Virus record (IMG/VR): IMGVR_UViG_3300005686_000008
Reading direction: 5' to 3' (one strand)
Origin: a virus
Taxonomy: Duplodnaviria; Caudoviricetes
Length of the DNA: 64,000 nt
How positions within the stretch are numbered: position 1 is the first letter of the stretch; each line of letters opens with the position of its first letter. The position numbers and the translations under genes were made by a program. Under the pieces are notes generated by a model. The model saw only the letters and a list, made by a program, of their open reading frames with translations, was not told the DNA's origin and made no database searches. This document shows positions 49,222 through 57,522 of the stretch, piece after piece.

Positions 49222-49294
49222 GGTGGCTATAGTTCAAAGGCTAGAATACCTGGTTGTGAGCCAGGGGGTACGGTTTCGAGATCCGTTAGCCACC
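49222..49294 (+). tRNA. tRNA-His(GTG) with G-1
   Basis: G-1 GTGGCTA/TAGCCAC C, loop TTGTGAG. Confidence 0.88.
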
Positions 49295-49307
49295 CTTTGA
49301 TTTGTTT

Positions 49308-49379
49308 AGGACTGTAGCTCAGAGGCAGAGCATTCCCTTGATAAGGGAGGGGTCGGGATTTCAATATTCCCCAGTCCTA
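49308..49379 (+). tRNA. tRNA-Ile(GAT)
   Basis: Acceptor AGGACTG/CAGTCCT, loop TTGATAA. Confidence 0.85.
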
Positions 49380-49386
49380 TTTTCCC

Positions 49387-49476
49387 CGGATAGTGTCCTG
49401 AGTTGGCTAAGGGGCCGCCTGATAAGCGGTGCATACTCCACAAGAGTATATGTAGGTTCGAGTCCTATCTATCCGA
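49387..49476 (+). tRNA. tRNA with GAT (Ile) anticodon and a long variable arm
   Basis: Acceptor CGGATAG/CTATCCG, loop CTGATAA, variable arm ATACTC-CACAA-GAGTAT. Confidence 0.8.
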
Positions 49477-49488
49477 TTATAATCTTAT

Positions 49489-49562
49489 GGGCGTCTGGCG
49501 CAATTGGCTAGCGCGCTTCTTTGACGTAGAAGAGGTTCCGGGTTCGAGTCCCGGGATGCCCA
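49489..49562 (+). tRNA. tRNA-Val(GAC)
   Basis: Acceptor GGGCGTC/GATGCCC, loop TTGACGT. Confidence 0.9.
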
Positions 49563-49597
49563 CTTCAGACTAAACTTTTTGGGGAGAATATTAAGAC

Positions 49598-50477
49598 ATG
49601 CGTAAGGACATGAAAAAGGTCGTTACTGAGAAGGGCGCTGTCGGAGGCGTCGGCAATTTCATGATCCGCCGCAATCGTCGTCAGGTTAAGAAGGCCTGCT
49701 TGGACGGTAACGAAGACGTTGATTCTCTCAACTTCCACGGAATCAGGAAGGTTCACACCTCCAGCCCCTGTTCTTGGGATAACCTCAAGTCATCGGGGTG
49801 CAACTCGAATGTCATCCGTCGTTACCTCAAGTCCCGTGTTGGCCAGGTGTGGAACGATGTCTACAGCGACATGAGCAAAAACCTGGACCGTAAGGCTCTC
49901 GATAATGTCAACTGGATGGTCGAAACCAAGACTTTCTTTGAGAATGGCAAGATTTGGGTCGCCGGCATCCCTCCCACTGTCCTTGGTTTGTCGTACCATC
50001 GCGATGAGTTCTATGTTGACCCGAGGGACGGGACACTGCGCTGCATGCCGCAGGCCGCAGGCTCCTGGCGGTAAGCATTACGCCGCTCGTCGCATGGAGA
50101 TGATGGACAGGTTCCGCTACATTGATTCAAAGAAACCTCTCGTTCAGTACCACTGCATCAATGGTATTTGGTACGAGATCAAGCTCCGCGAGGCTTCTGC
50201 TTCCGAGAAGAAGGAGAAGTCCTTCGGCGAGTACCGTCGCAACTACAATCGTGCGACTTTCATGCTTGAGACGGAGTGGTGCAGGATTTACAACAACGCC
50301 ATTGTTGACCAGCTTGTTGAAAACCACAGGGAAGCTCTCGTTTTCGAACGTGATAATGTTTGGGAGCTTTGCGTTTCACTGTTTCGCGGTCATTACTTAC
50401 CCATCTCGAAGAGGCAGATTTCCTCGAAGGAGATTCGTCTCGTTAAGGAGTTGATGGAAGAGAGAGACAAGGAGTGA
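49598..50477 (+). pseudogene. hypothetical phage gene split by a 7-nt tandem duplication
   Basis: (GCCGCAG)x2 at 50047-50060; removing one copy joins ORF 49598 in frame to the 49905..50477 frame (RCMPQAPGGKHY). Confidence 0.7.
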
Positions 50478-50518
50478 AGTCTGTAGGACTAAACTTCTGT
50501 AAGTCGAAAAATGTTTGA

Positions 50519-50594
50519 GGGATGCGTGTTGCCGAACGGTTTAGGCTCTCGACTCATAATCGAGGCAATGTGGGTTCAAGTCCCACCCATCCCA
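50519..50594 (+). tRNA. tRNA with CAT anticodon (Ile2 or Met), irregular acceptor/D junction
   Basis: GGGATG/CATCCC, CTCGA-CTCATAA-TCGAG, T arm GTGGG/CCCAC. Confidence 0.7.
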
Positions 50595-50600
50595 TTTGTT

Positions 50601-50672
50601 AGGCTCTTAGCTCAGCGGTAGAGCAGGAAACTCATAATTTCTTGGTCGCCGGTTCGAATCCGGCAGAGCCTA
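50601..50672 (+). tRNA. tRNA with CAT anticodon, probably Ile2
   Basis: Acceptor AGGCTCT/AGAGCCT, loop CTCATAA; body resembles Ile2 tRNAs. Confidence 0.85.
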
Positions 50673-51100
50673 TTTTATGCCGAAAGCAAAAATCAGAGAC
50701 CCCTGGAATGTTGTTGAAGAAACAATAACCAGAGCTGTTCGAAGAGCCTGGGAACGACGCTTGTACAAGCATGTCGAATGTCCCATCAAAGATGATGCTG
50801 AAGTTCAACGTATTATCGACACTGTTTCTGATGAAGTTCTAGTTCAGATCATGGAAACCATCAGCTTTGAGGATTAATAATGAAGCTTACGCAAATTGAA
50901 CAAGGTCAAACGGTAAAATACAAAGGCTCCAACTACGTTGTTATGTTGACCTGGGGAAATCGCGCCATTCTTTCTCCTATTGTAGGAGATCAGCGTATCG
51001 AGGTTGATGTAGGAGAGATTTCTGGACTTGTTCGGGTTTCTCCTGCTCAGCAGTTTGTTTTGGATTCGCAGGCTAAACTTCCGCAGCAGTCCTAGGGGAT

Positions 51101-51490
51101 ATGGCACAACTCTCCCCCAATCCCCATCAGCCCACTGAACCGAATGTCAGCTTTGAGGATTTTTCCCTAGAGGGGATGCGTCGGGCTGACAAGTACGTTC
51201 AAGATTTGATTGACAAGATGCAGCAGAAGGATCCGGACGATCCGAACTGCGACATTCGGGGAGTGATTCTTTCATTCCCTCGGGGCGATGGTGCTGCTTA
51301 CTACATTGTCAGCAAAGTCCGCCCACTGACTGTCGAGCATATTCCTGTCTGCGATGCATGGCGGGCCTATCCGGAAGATCTTGTTTTGAGGGGCATCAAC
51401 AAGGCCTACATCATGGACATCCTCCGCATGGAGAAGAGGATGCGGGGAGCGTTAGGCGTCCGTCAGCGCGGCTGGGCACCCGGCAACTAA
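51101..51490 (+). CDS. hypothetical phage protein
   Basis: FPRGDGAAYYIV...DAW motif; bounded by CTAAACTT motifs at both ends. Confidence 0.65.
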   Translation: MAQLSPNPHQPTEPNVSFEDFSLEGMRRADKYVQDLIDKMQQKDPDDPNCDIRGVILSFPRGDGAAYYIVSKVRPLTVEHIPVCDAWRAYPEDLVLRGINKAYIMDILRMEKRMRGALGVRQRGWAPGN

Positions 51491-51514
51491 ACTTTCTGCG
51501 CGCAAAAAAGAGGC

Positions 51515-51748
51515 ATGGCAAAGACCAAGAAAACCTCGAAGCGCTTCTATTTGATGTATGTTTGCGGAGGGACTGATCCGATGGTACTCGGTCGCTCTCA
51601 CAAGGACTATGATGGCGTTTTGAGGGCGGCTCGAAAGTTTGTCAGGGGAGATGATTACAAAGAGGGCGAGGACGGTGTTTTTTACCTCGTTACTACCAGC
51701 AGAACCGTGAGAGCTGGTTCATTCGACAGTTCAGAACTTGAGGATTAA
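51515..51748 (+). CDS. hypothetical protein
   Basis: ATG 30 nt after motif. Confidence 0.6.
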   Translation: MAKTKKTSKRFYLMYVCGGTDPMVLGRSHKDYDGVLRAARKFVRGDDYKEGEDGVFYLVTTSRTVRAGSFDSSELED

Positions 51749-51751
51749 GTC

Positions 51752-51946
51752 ATGGGTATGGTAAGCAAAGAACTGATGGAAGGCATGGAAGTCAACGTTT
51801 CCGCTCCCGAAGAGGGCGATTCTCATCCCGGTCCTTTTGTGGGACTGGTTGCTGGTATTCAGGAAGATACCATTCTGGTCAAGGATCAGGATGGAAACGT
51901 GTTTGAAATGGGCAAGGCGAGGGTCAAGCCGATTTCTGAGGACTAA
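51752..51946 (+). CDS. small SH3-like hypothetical protein
   Basis: Beta-rich pattern; stop codon lies inside the motif. Confidence 0.55.
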   Translation: MGMVSKELMEGMEVNVSAPEEGDSHPGPFVGLVAGIQEDTILVKDQDGNVFEMGKARVKPISED

Positions 51947-51990
51947 ACTTTCCGCGCAAAAACGGAAGGTATCTCAAAGGGAACAAAGAA

Positions 51991-52167
51991 GTGAAGGATA
52001 ACAGCTTTTGGATTGTGGTTGAAGAGGGGAAGTCACTAGCGAGCGGAATTCGTTGTGACGGCGGAAAGTCGGAAGCCAAGAACCTCCGAAAAGAGATGGA
52101 ACAGCAGGGCGGCAAATGGAAGGCCCTGAAGACGACGAAGAAAGAGATTGTTTCCTCGAACGCTTGA
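51991..52167 (+). CDS. 58-aa hypothetical protein (GTG start; not in ORF track)
   Basis: Open frame VKDNSFWIVVEEGKSLASG...IVSSNA downstream of motif 51941. Confidence 0.45.
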   Translation: MKDNSFWIVVEEGKSLASGIRCDGGKSEAKNLRKEMEQQGGKWKALKTTKKEIVSSNA

Positions 52168-52294
52168 GCTTGAAAAGGTGAAACGAACGAGGATACAATG
52201 AAGAGCATGTTCCTTGGGCCTTTCGATGGCAGCCTGCAAGGGACAACCCACTGCGACGGAAACGACGTAATGGGTGTTTGACGGTTTCTTTGAT

Positions 52295-52621
52295 AAGTGA
52301 ATATGGTAAGCGGTGGCTGAAAACCTAATGTCTATCTCCAGACATAAGGCACTGAGTTTATGGTGACTCAGGTACGAGTAAGCCATTTTGGTGTAGTGCA
52401 GAAGGAAAACGGGTATCCGGCAAAGGCCATAGGAAAACCGTTGGGGCGCTAAAATCTCGACTGGCCATACTAACAATGACCAGGGGAGCGGGATTGCAGG
52501 TAACCATTCCTGCCTCGGAGAGACCTGATTCGAAGCGGGTTTCATTGATGAGTCGCATAATAACATCAGGATGGACGAAAATTCAGAGGCTAGTAACCTC
52601 TGCCGCTTACCATGTTCACTT
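52295..52621 (+). ncRNA. large structured RNA domain (unassigned)
   Basis: Closed by a 20-bp long-range helix AAGTGAATATGGTAAGCGGT/GCCGCTTACCATGTTCACTT; many internal hairpins; no credible + strand ORF. Confidence 0.7.
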
Positions 52622-52636
52622 TTCAATGGAGGTTTT

Positions 52637-52753
52637 ATGTGGTACAAAGTAGAACACAATCCACCGGATGATGACAACAGCGGTAGCGATTCGAATTGCC
52701 CTTGCGGTGATTCTGATTGCGACGGCGGCGGTAGCGATGGCGATTACGATTGA
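52637..52753 (+). CDS. 38-aa acidic Asp/Gly/Ser/Cys-rich peptide
   Basis: GGAGG SD; MWYKVEHNPPDDDNSGSDSNCPCGDSDCDGGGSDGDYD. Confidence 0.55.
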   Translation: MWYKVEHNPPDDDNSGSDSNCPCGDSDCDGGGSDGDYD

Positions 52754-52934
52754 ACCAATAGGGTCGTGTCGAACTTCTCCGTAGTAAGTTGACATGCTCC
52801 TAGCCGATGCAAGCGGCGAAGATTATGACGGAGCGTTGGGCTACGACTGAGCGGTAGCAGCGAATCCACTGTGCGGTGCAAGCCGAAGTTCAGCGGCAAT
52901 CAACTCCTGCAAGAGTTGGATTGCATTTACAGAT

Positions 52935-53010
52935 TGCGGAGTAGAGGAGTCTGGCCGTCCTCGTCTGGCTCATAACCAGGAAATCGCAGGTTCAAATCCT
53001 GCCTCCGCTA
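52935..53010 (+). tRNA. tRNA-Met(CAT), initiator-like
   Basis: Unpaired 1:72 (T:T), GCGGAG/CTCCGC, loop CTCATAA, T loop TTCAAAT. Confidence 0.88.
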
Positions 53011-53083
53011 TTCAAGGATTGGTCGCCTTGTAAATCAACAGACCTATTCTGTGTACTTAGGGTCGCTCCCTCGGGAAAGAATA

Positions 53084-53158
53084 ACGCCCAAAGCCTAAAT
53101 GGTGAGGCACTCGGCTTTCATCCGAGGTATCTAAGGTTCGAATCCTTAGTGGGATGTT
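53084..53158 (+). tRNA. tRNA-Glu(TTC)-like, irregular acceptor stem
   Basis: D arm GCCT/AGGC, CTCGG-CTTTCAT-CCGAG, T arm CTAAGG-TTCGAAT-CCTTAG; acceptor needs a bulge. Confidence 0.6.
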
Positions 53159-53477
53159 CCGTTCGAGTAGGTAGAACTTCTTAGAGATGGAGTAGGTCTA
53201 GTAAAACCTGAAAAGGTCGAAAAACCGTAGATAACTTTTCTGAGAAAGCCCTCACTGAGGGAAAATCCTATCTAGAGCGCCATCTAGATCGGTGTCAAGA
53301 ACCACCGAGAGGCGCAGTTGAGATGTTGGGTGAAACTCCCTTCATTCTCGCTTTCAGTAGACCCACGTTGGTATGAGGCTCGCCTCGGCAAGACCTGCAC
53401 CCAACCTCTGGGAGAGCAAGAACTGAACCGTATACTCGATGCATGCCCGGGGTTTAAAACGGTTCTCTACTGGATTT

Positions 53478-53523
53478 CGCCGTCAGAGCTACCGCAAGGA
53501 AAACTCTGGCGGCGTTTTCTTTT
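53478..53523 (+). terminator. intrinsic terminator closing the ncRNA region
   Basis: CGCCGTCAGAG...CTCTGGCGGCG followed by TTTTCTTTT. Confidence 0.8.
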
Positions 53524-53679
53524 GTAGGCAGGCTAAACTTTTAGCCGATATGAGGGGGACTTATCCAGACCTTTTCCCTGTCTGGCTAAACTTTCGTACC
53601 AAAAAGGGATACTGTCTTACCCAAATCCTCTACCTTGTCGGAACGAGTAGGTTTGGGTACTTTAGTAGGAGTCCTCAAC

Positions 53680-54597
53680 ATGAAGTTCTTTGCATCTCTT
53701 CTTGCGTTAGTCTGTGCTGTGGTAGCGTTTGCCCAGCCCATTCCACCGAAGGCTACGGCTGGTCCTGCGGTGGCTTCTCTCGATGATGTCGTCATTGACG
53801 AAGGCCCTCTGGTTTATTACCCGGCTCGCGACCCCCTCGCCTATATGGGGCAGGCGTGCTACGACCAGATGGAGCTGACCTGTTTCGGCGTTCAGACCAA
53901 TCAGACCGTTTGGAACCTCGACCTCAGTTCTCCGCCCACTGGCAACTACGCAAGCGGGCTGACTCGCAGCAACCTTCCGTTCAATGTGCAGTTCTCCGTC
54001 TTCATCGTTCGTGATGTGGATGACCCTTCTTTGGACCGTATGGGTACTTGGTATGGCGTCATCAGCGGCGATAACGGGAGTTTTCACTGCGGAGGTTACT
54101 ACTTCGAGCTTGGAGGCTTTGCGTCTATTGTCCCTCTTTATGCTCGCAGCGAGCAGGCGGAGATGTTCTCGATTCACGAGAATCTTTTGAGCTTGAGCGA
54201 CGGCGGCGGCTACGATGGTCGCCAATGGAACTGCGCTCTTGACGAAACTGCATTGTTCCAGGCGCAGCAGAACTACATCAACGCCACCGCATGTGCGGAT
54301 GCCCATTTCAATCGCTACATGGGCATCGCCCTCTCTTGTACGGCGATTGGAGTCGGCTCTTGCTGGATTTCGTTCGGAGCCGGCTGTATCGGCGCGCTCA
54401 TCTGCGATGGAGTCATTCTCATCAAGGATATCTTCTGGCAGCGCGAGTTCATGGGCGAGCAGAACCGCGCTCGGTCATGCCTCTGCCTTGAGTCCAACTG
54501 GCGCACGGCTCACCCCGGACAGCCGATTCCGAACTCGTCTTGCGGCGATTTCCATTGTCCTGACTCTCCCGGAGTTGATATCCCCAAGCTCGACTAA
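53680..54597 (+). CDS. secreted Cys-rich protein
   Basis: AGGAG SD, signal peptide MKFFASLLALVCAVVAFA, hydrophobic Cys/Gly hairpin near the C-terminus. Confidence 0.7.
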   Translation: MKFFASLLALVCAVVAFAQPIPPKATAGPAVASLDDVVIDEGPLVYYPARDPLAYMGQACYDQMELTCFGVQTNQTVWNLDLSSPPTGNYASGLTRSNLPFNVQFSVFIVRDVDDPSLDRMGTWYGVISGDNGSFHCGGYYFELGGFASIVPLYARSEQAEMFSIHENLLSLSDGGGYDGRQWNCALDETALFQAQQNYINATACADAHFNRYMGIALSCTAIGVGSCWISFGAGCIGALICDGVILIKDIFWQREFMGEQNRARSCLCLESNWRTAHPGQPIPNSSCGDFHCPDSPGVDIPKLD

Positions 54598-54635
54598 ACT
54601 TTCTTTGGAAGTTTATTTTCTCAAAGGAAGAATCA

Positions 54636-54806
54636 ATGACAACGCTTCAAATTTCCATCTCCCTCATGCTCTTGCTCCTTGTCTCGCTCTTTATTCGGGC
54701 GAAGCGTAAGGGCATGAAAATGGACGGTCGGACGGTTGGACTTGGAATCCTCTTGGGTATTGGGTTGGCTTTCGGCCTTCCGCTCTTGTTCAACCTGCTT
54801 TCGTAA
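54636..54806 (+). CDS. 56-aa two-helix membrane protein (not in ORF track)
   Basis: AAGGA SD; MTTLQISISLMLLLLVSLFIRAKRKGMKMDGRTVGLGILLGIGLAFGLPLLFNLLS; terminator follows. Confidence 0.55.
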   Translation: MTTLQISISLMLLLLVSLFIRAKRKGMKMDGRTVGLGILLGIGLAFGLPLLFNLLS

Positions 54807-54825
54807 TCCATCCTGTCCATCTTAG

Positions 54826-54871
54826 ACTCCCCATCCCTACTCGCTGTACGGGGTGGGGAGTTTTTCTTTTT
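54826..54871 (+). terminator. intrinsic terminator
   Basis: ACTCCCCATCCC...GGGGTGGGGAGT followed by a T tract. Confidence 0.75.
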
Positions 54872-54957
54872 GCAGGCTAAACTTTGCTGGGCGAAATGCA
54901 AAGAGTCAGAAGCAGAGGAGTATCTGCCTGACAAGGTTCATAAGATGGAGAAAGCAA

Positions 54958-55515
54958 ATGTCTGACACCGCGACGAAGAAGGAGAAGAAGGCCAAGGCGA
55001 AGAAGCCCGTTGAGGCAACTCCGACTGCGGCTCCCGTTGAGGCTCCGCAGGACACTGCGCCGGTTCTGGAGGCGAAGGTTGATGCGGTCCCCGAGGCGAA
55101 GCCCGAGGACGCGAAGACCGATTCGGCGAAGCGCAAGAAGAAGAACACGACCGTTGCGGTCATCGACCCCTCGAACCCCGAGAGCGTGACACAGTTCCTC
55201 AGCGAGTTCCTCGCTCAGTCGGCTGCTCAGCCTCCGACGAAGGGCTACGACCAGCACGTGAACCGCGAGGGCTTCGTCCATGCGGGGACGGCTCAGCGGC
55301 TCAGCAACGGCGGCATCTCGAACATGCTGGCGGTTCAGTTCGACATCCTGGCTCGTCGTTCGCTCGATGGCGACAAGGCTGCTGGCGAGTTCTATGACGC
55401 CATGCTGAACTTCGCCACGAGCCGGCGCGACCAGCTCAAGGCCGAGCGCAAGGCGAAGATTCTCGCCGAGGCGGAGGCCATTCGCGCTGAGGAGGCTGCG
55501 AAGGCGAACGCCTAA
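54958..55515 (+). CDS. hypothetical protein, paralogous C-terminus with 55759 gene
   Basis: GGAG SD, GC-rich codons, ends AKILAEAEAIRAEEAAKANA. Confidence 0.7.
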   Translation: MSDTATKKEKKAKAKKPVEATPTAAPVEAPQDTAPVLEAKVDAVPEAKPEDAKTDSAKRKKKNTTVAVIDPSNPESVTQFLSEFLAQSAAQPPTKGYDQHVNREGFVHAGTAQRLSNGGISNMLAVQFDILARRSLDGDKAAGEFYDAMLNFATSRRDQLKAERKAKILAEAEAIRAEEAAKANA

Positions 55516-55534
55516 CGAACTCTCTCTCCTCCAT

Positions 55535-55571
55535 GACCCCCTGGCGCAAAAGCGTAGGGGGTCTTTCTTTT
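55535..55571 (+). terminator. intrinsic terminator
   Basis: GACCCCCT...AGGGGGTC followed by TTTCTTTT. Confidence 0.75.
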
Positions 55572-55758
55572 GCTGGCTAAACTTTTTGCGCAAGGGGAAA
55601 GAGAAGAACGGCCAACAACCCAACAGACAGAAGGGAAGTTGGATTGCAAGACTAAACTTTCTTGCAAAAAACGGTTAGTATCAGATGAGAGCCGAAACAG
55701 AAGTAGGCTTTCCAAACAAGGCCCAAATAAAGGGCAGTTCAAGAAAGAGGAATGAATC

Positions 55759-56166
55759 ATGAGCGAAGCAACCAAGAAGACCCGCGCCTCCCGCAACAAC
55801 CACATCGCGACGAAGGACAACGCCATCACCGATGCGAAGTCGGCGCAGTTGTTCGTTGAGTCCGCTCGTCACGCCACGGCTGGCGACAAGCCCTCCACGA
55901 TGTTCAACGGTTCGGGTTTCGTCACCCCCTCCGCCCTCGATGGCCAGGACGCCGAGAACCTCGTTCGGATGGGCGCGACCATCAACGACGCTCTGGCTCG
56001 CATGGTTTCGCAGAACGCCGAGCAACGCGATATCGCCGAGCTCGGCCTCCGCATCCTCGCTCAGCACGCTGCCGACGCCAGCGAGATTCAGCGGCAGGCT
56101 CGTCGCGCCGCCGTCCTCGCCGAAGCCGAGCGCATCCGCGCCGAAGACGCAACGGCGAACGCCTAA
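55759..56166 (+). CDS. hypothetical protein, paralogous C-terminus with 54958 gene
   Basis: Ends AAVLAEAERIRAEDATANA. Confidence 0.7.
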   Translation: MSEATKKTRASRNNHIATKDNAITDAKSAQLFVESARHATAGDKPSTMFNGSGFVTPSALDGQDAENLVRMGATINDALARMVSQNAEQRDIAELGLRILAQHAADASEIQRQARRAAVLAEAERIRAEDATANA

Positions 56167-56181
56167 TCAGCCAATCCAAGA

Positions 56182-56207
56182 GAGCCGTCCGAAAGGGCGG
56201 CTTTTTT
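56182..56207 (+). terminator. intrinsic terminator
   Basis: AGCCGTCC-GAAA-GGGCGGCT followed by TTTTT. Confidence 0.85.
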
Positions 56208-56245
56208 ATTTGACAGGCTAAACTTATTTGGGAGCAATGGAATCT

Positions 56246-56551
56246 ATGACAACGCCCAAAGAACAATGCTCTGACCCCTTTTGTCGTTGCCATGATAAGT
56301 TTACTGGTCCGGGCTGCTGCGGAGACTGCAAAATGCTCCCCATCGTTCAAGTAACTCTTGGGCTTGCTCTCGCCGACCATACTTGGATTGAGCGGGTTGT
56401 CGAGTTCGAGTGCGACCCTGAGTTTGACGATGACGATTCGTTTGACTTGCAGGAAACTGCTGCTAATCATTTGATGTCCAAGAATCAGGAAGAAATGGAC
56501 AAGTTGGCTCCATCTGGCTGGTTCTTAATCGCCTGGCAATGGAAGGAATAA
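56246..56551 (+). CDS. Cys-rich hypothetical protein
   Basis: ATG 30 nt after motif. Confidence 0.6.
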   Translation: MTTPKEQCSDPFCRCHDKFTGPGCCGDCKMLPIVQVTLGLALADHTWIERVVEFECDPEFDDDDSFDLQETAANHLMSKNQEEMDKLAPSGWFLIAWQWKE

Positions 56552-56552
56552 C

Positions 56553-56927
56553 ATGCCTACTCCGATTACCGTCCCTGTTCTCGATGACGCCGAGAAGTGG
56601 TTGCGCGAGAATTTCCATGATCTGATGACCGACACGGTTTGTACGGTTCTCCCGGACCACAAGGTAGACCTTGATGGGAAGACTCGTTGGACTGATTCTG
56701 AGGATGGCTCAGAGAAAATCCTTGAAATGAAGGATTATGTCAACGGAATGTCTCTTCTCTTCAACCAAATCGGTCGCAAGTGGGTTGATGAGAATGGGAA
56801 TCAGCGCGGGTTGTTTGTCGGCTGCATTACGAACCCTGCTGACTTGATTGACCCCGGCAATTGGGACGCAGAGGTTGTTGATGCCTTTTTCCAACTCTGC
56901 TATTATGGAGAGGTTATCTACGGATGA
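56553..56927 (+). CDS. hypothetical phage protein
   Basis: DAEVVDAFFQLCYYGEVIYG C-terminus. Confidence 0.7.
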   Translation: MPTPITVPVLDDAEKWLRENFHDLMTDTVCTVLPDHKVDLDGKTRWTDSEDGSEKILEMKDYVNGMSLLFNQIGRKWVDENGNQRGLFVGCITNPADLIDPGNWDAEVVDAFFQLCYYGEVIYG

Positions 56928-57051
56928 TTAATCCGTTCAAGTTCCTCTGTTGTTGGTTCCGAGGTAAACATTCCTTCCGCTTTACATGCCGTCATCGTTG
57001 CGCATATTGCGGTAGGGATTTTGGTCAATGGGCAAGCAAATAGGGTGCTAT

Positions 57052-57522
57052 ATGCTTTCCAGATATGAAAAAGCGCAAATGGAAGAAGAATTGGCGGAAT
57101 TGACCCGAGAGTTGAACTCTTTAAGTTCTCCATCGGGTAGGATTGAAAACCGCTGTAATAAATGCAGAGCAACCCTCACATATGACAATCAAGGAGAACT
57201 ATGTGATGGACTCTGCAAAAGCTGCGAGAGTTCTTATAACATTGAGCGGATTGTAGAAGCGGGAAGAGAGGCGGGAGTTTACCCCTCTGACATTCGTAAA
57301 GACATTAATGAGAAGTATCCTCCCATCGTTTTGCTTCTTTGTCCTTATTGCGACAACGCTTGTTATCCAGAAGAATATGAACAAGGAGGGCATAGCGGAT
57401 GTATTCGCGATAACGAAGGAACCAAAGAAAGAATACAGAGAAGAATTGATAGGATCAATCATCTTCTAAACGAAGACCGCGAAGAAGCTTTGAAAAACTA
57501 TCGTGAGGAATTAAACTCATGA
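57052..57522 (+). CDS. zinc-finger-like hypothetical protein
   Basis: Several CxxC pairs. Confidence 0.55.
   Translation: MLSRYEKAQMEEELAELTRELNSLSSPSGRIENRCNKCRATLTYDNQGELCDGLCKSCESSYNIERIVEAGREAGVYPSDIRKDINEKYPPIVLLLCPYCDNACYPEEYEQGGHSGCIRDNEGTKERIQRRIDRINHLLNEDREEALKNYREELNS

Noticed and set aside
52198-52281. Possible Met-sensing leader MKSMF...VMGV before tRNA-Met
   Set aside because: Met codons are scattered, the first ATG overlaps the putative -10, and I see no clear terminator/antiterminator pair.
52207-53523. RNase P RNA, tmRNA or rRNA
   Set aside because: Signature sequences (GAGGAAAGTCC, an alanyl tRNA-like end with tag frame, rRNA conserved blocks) were not found by eye.
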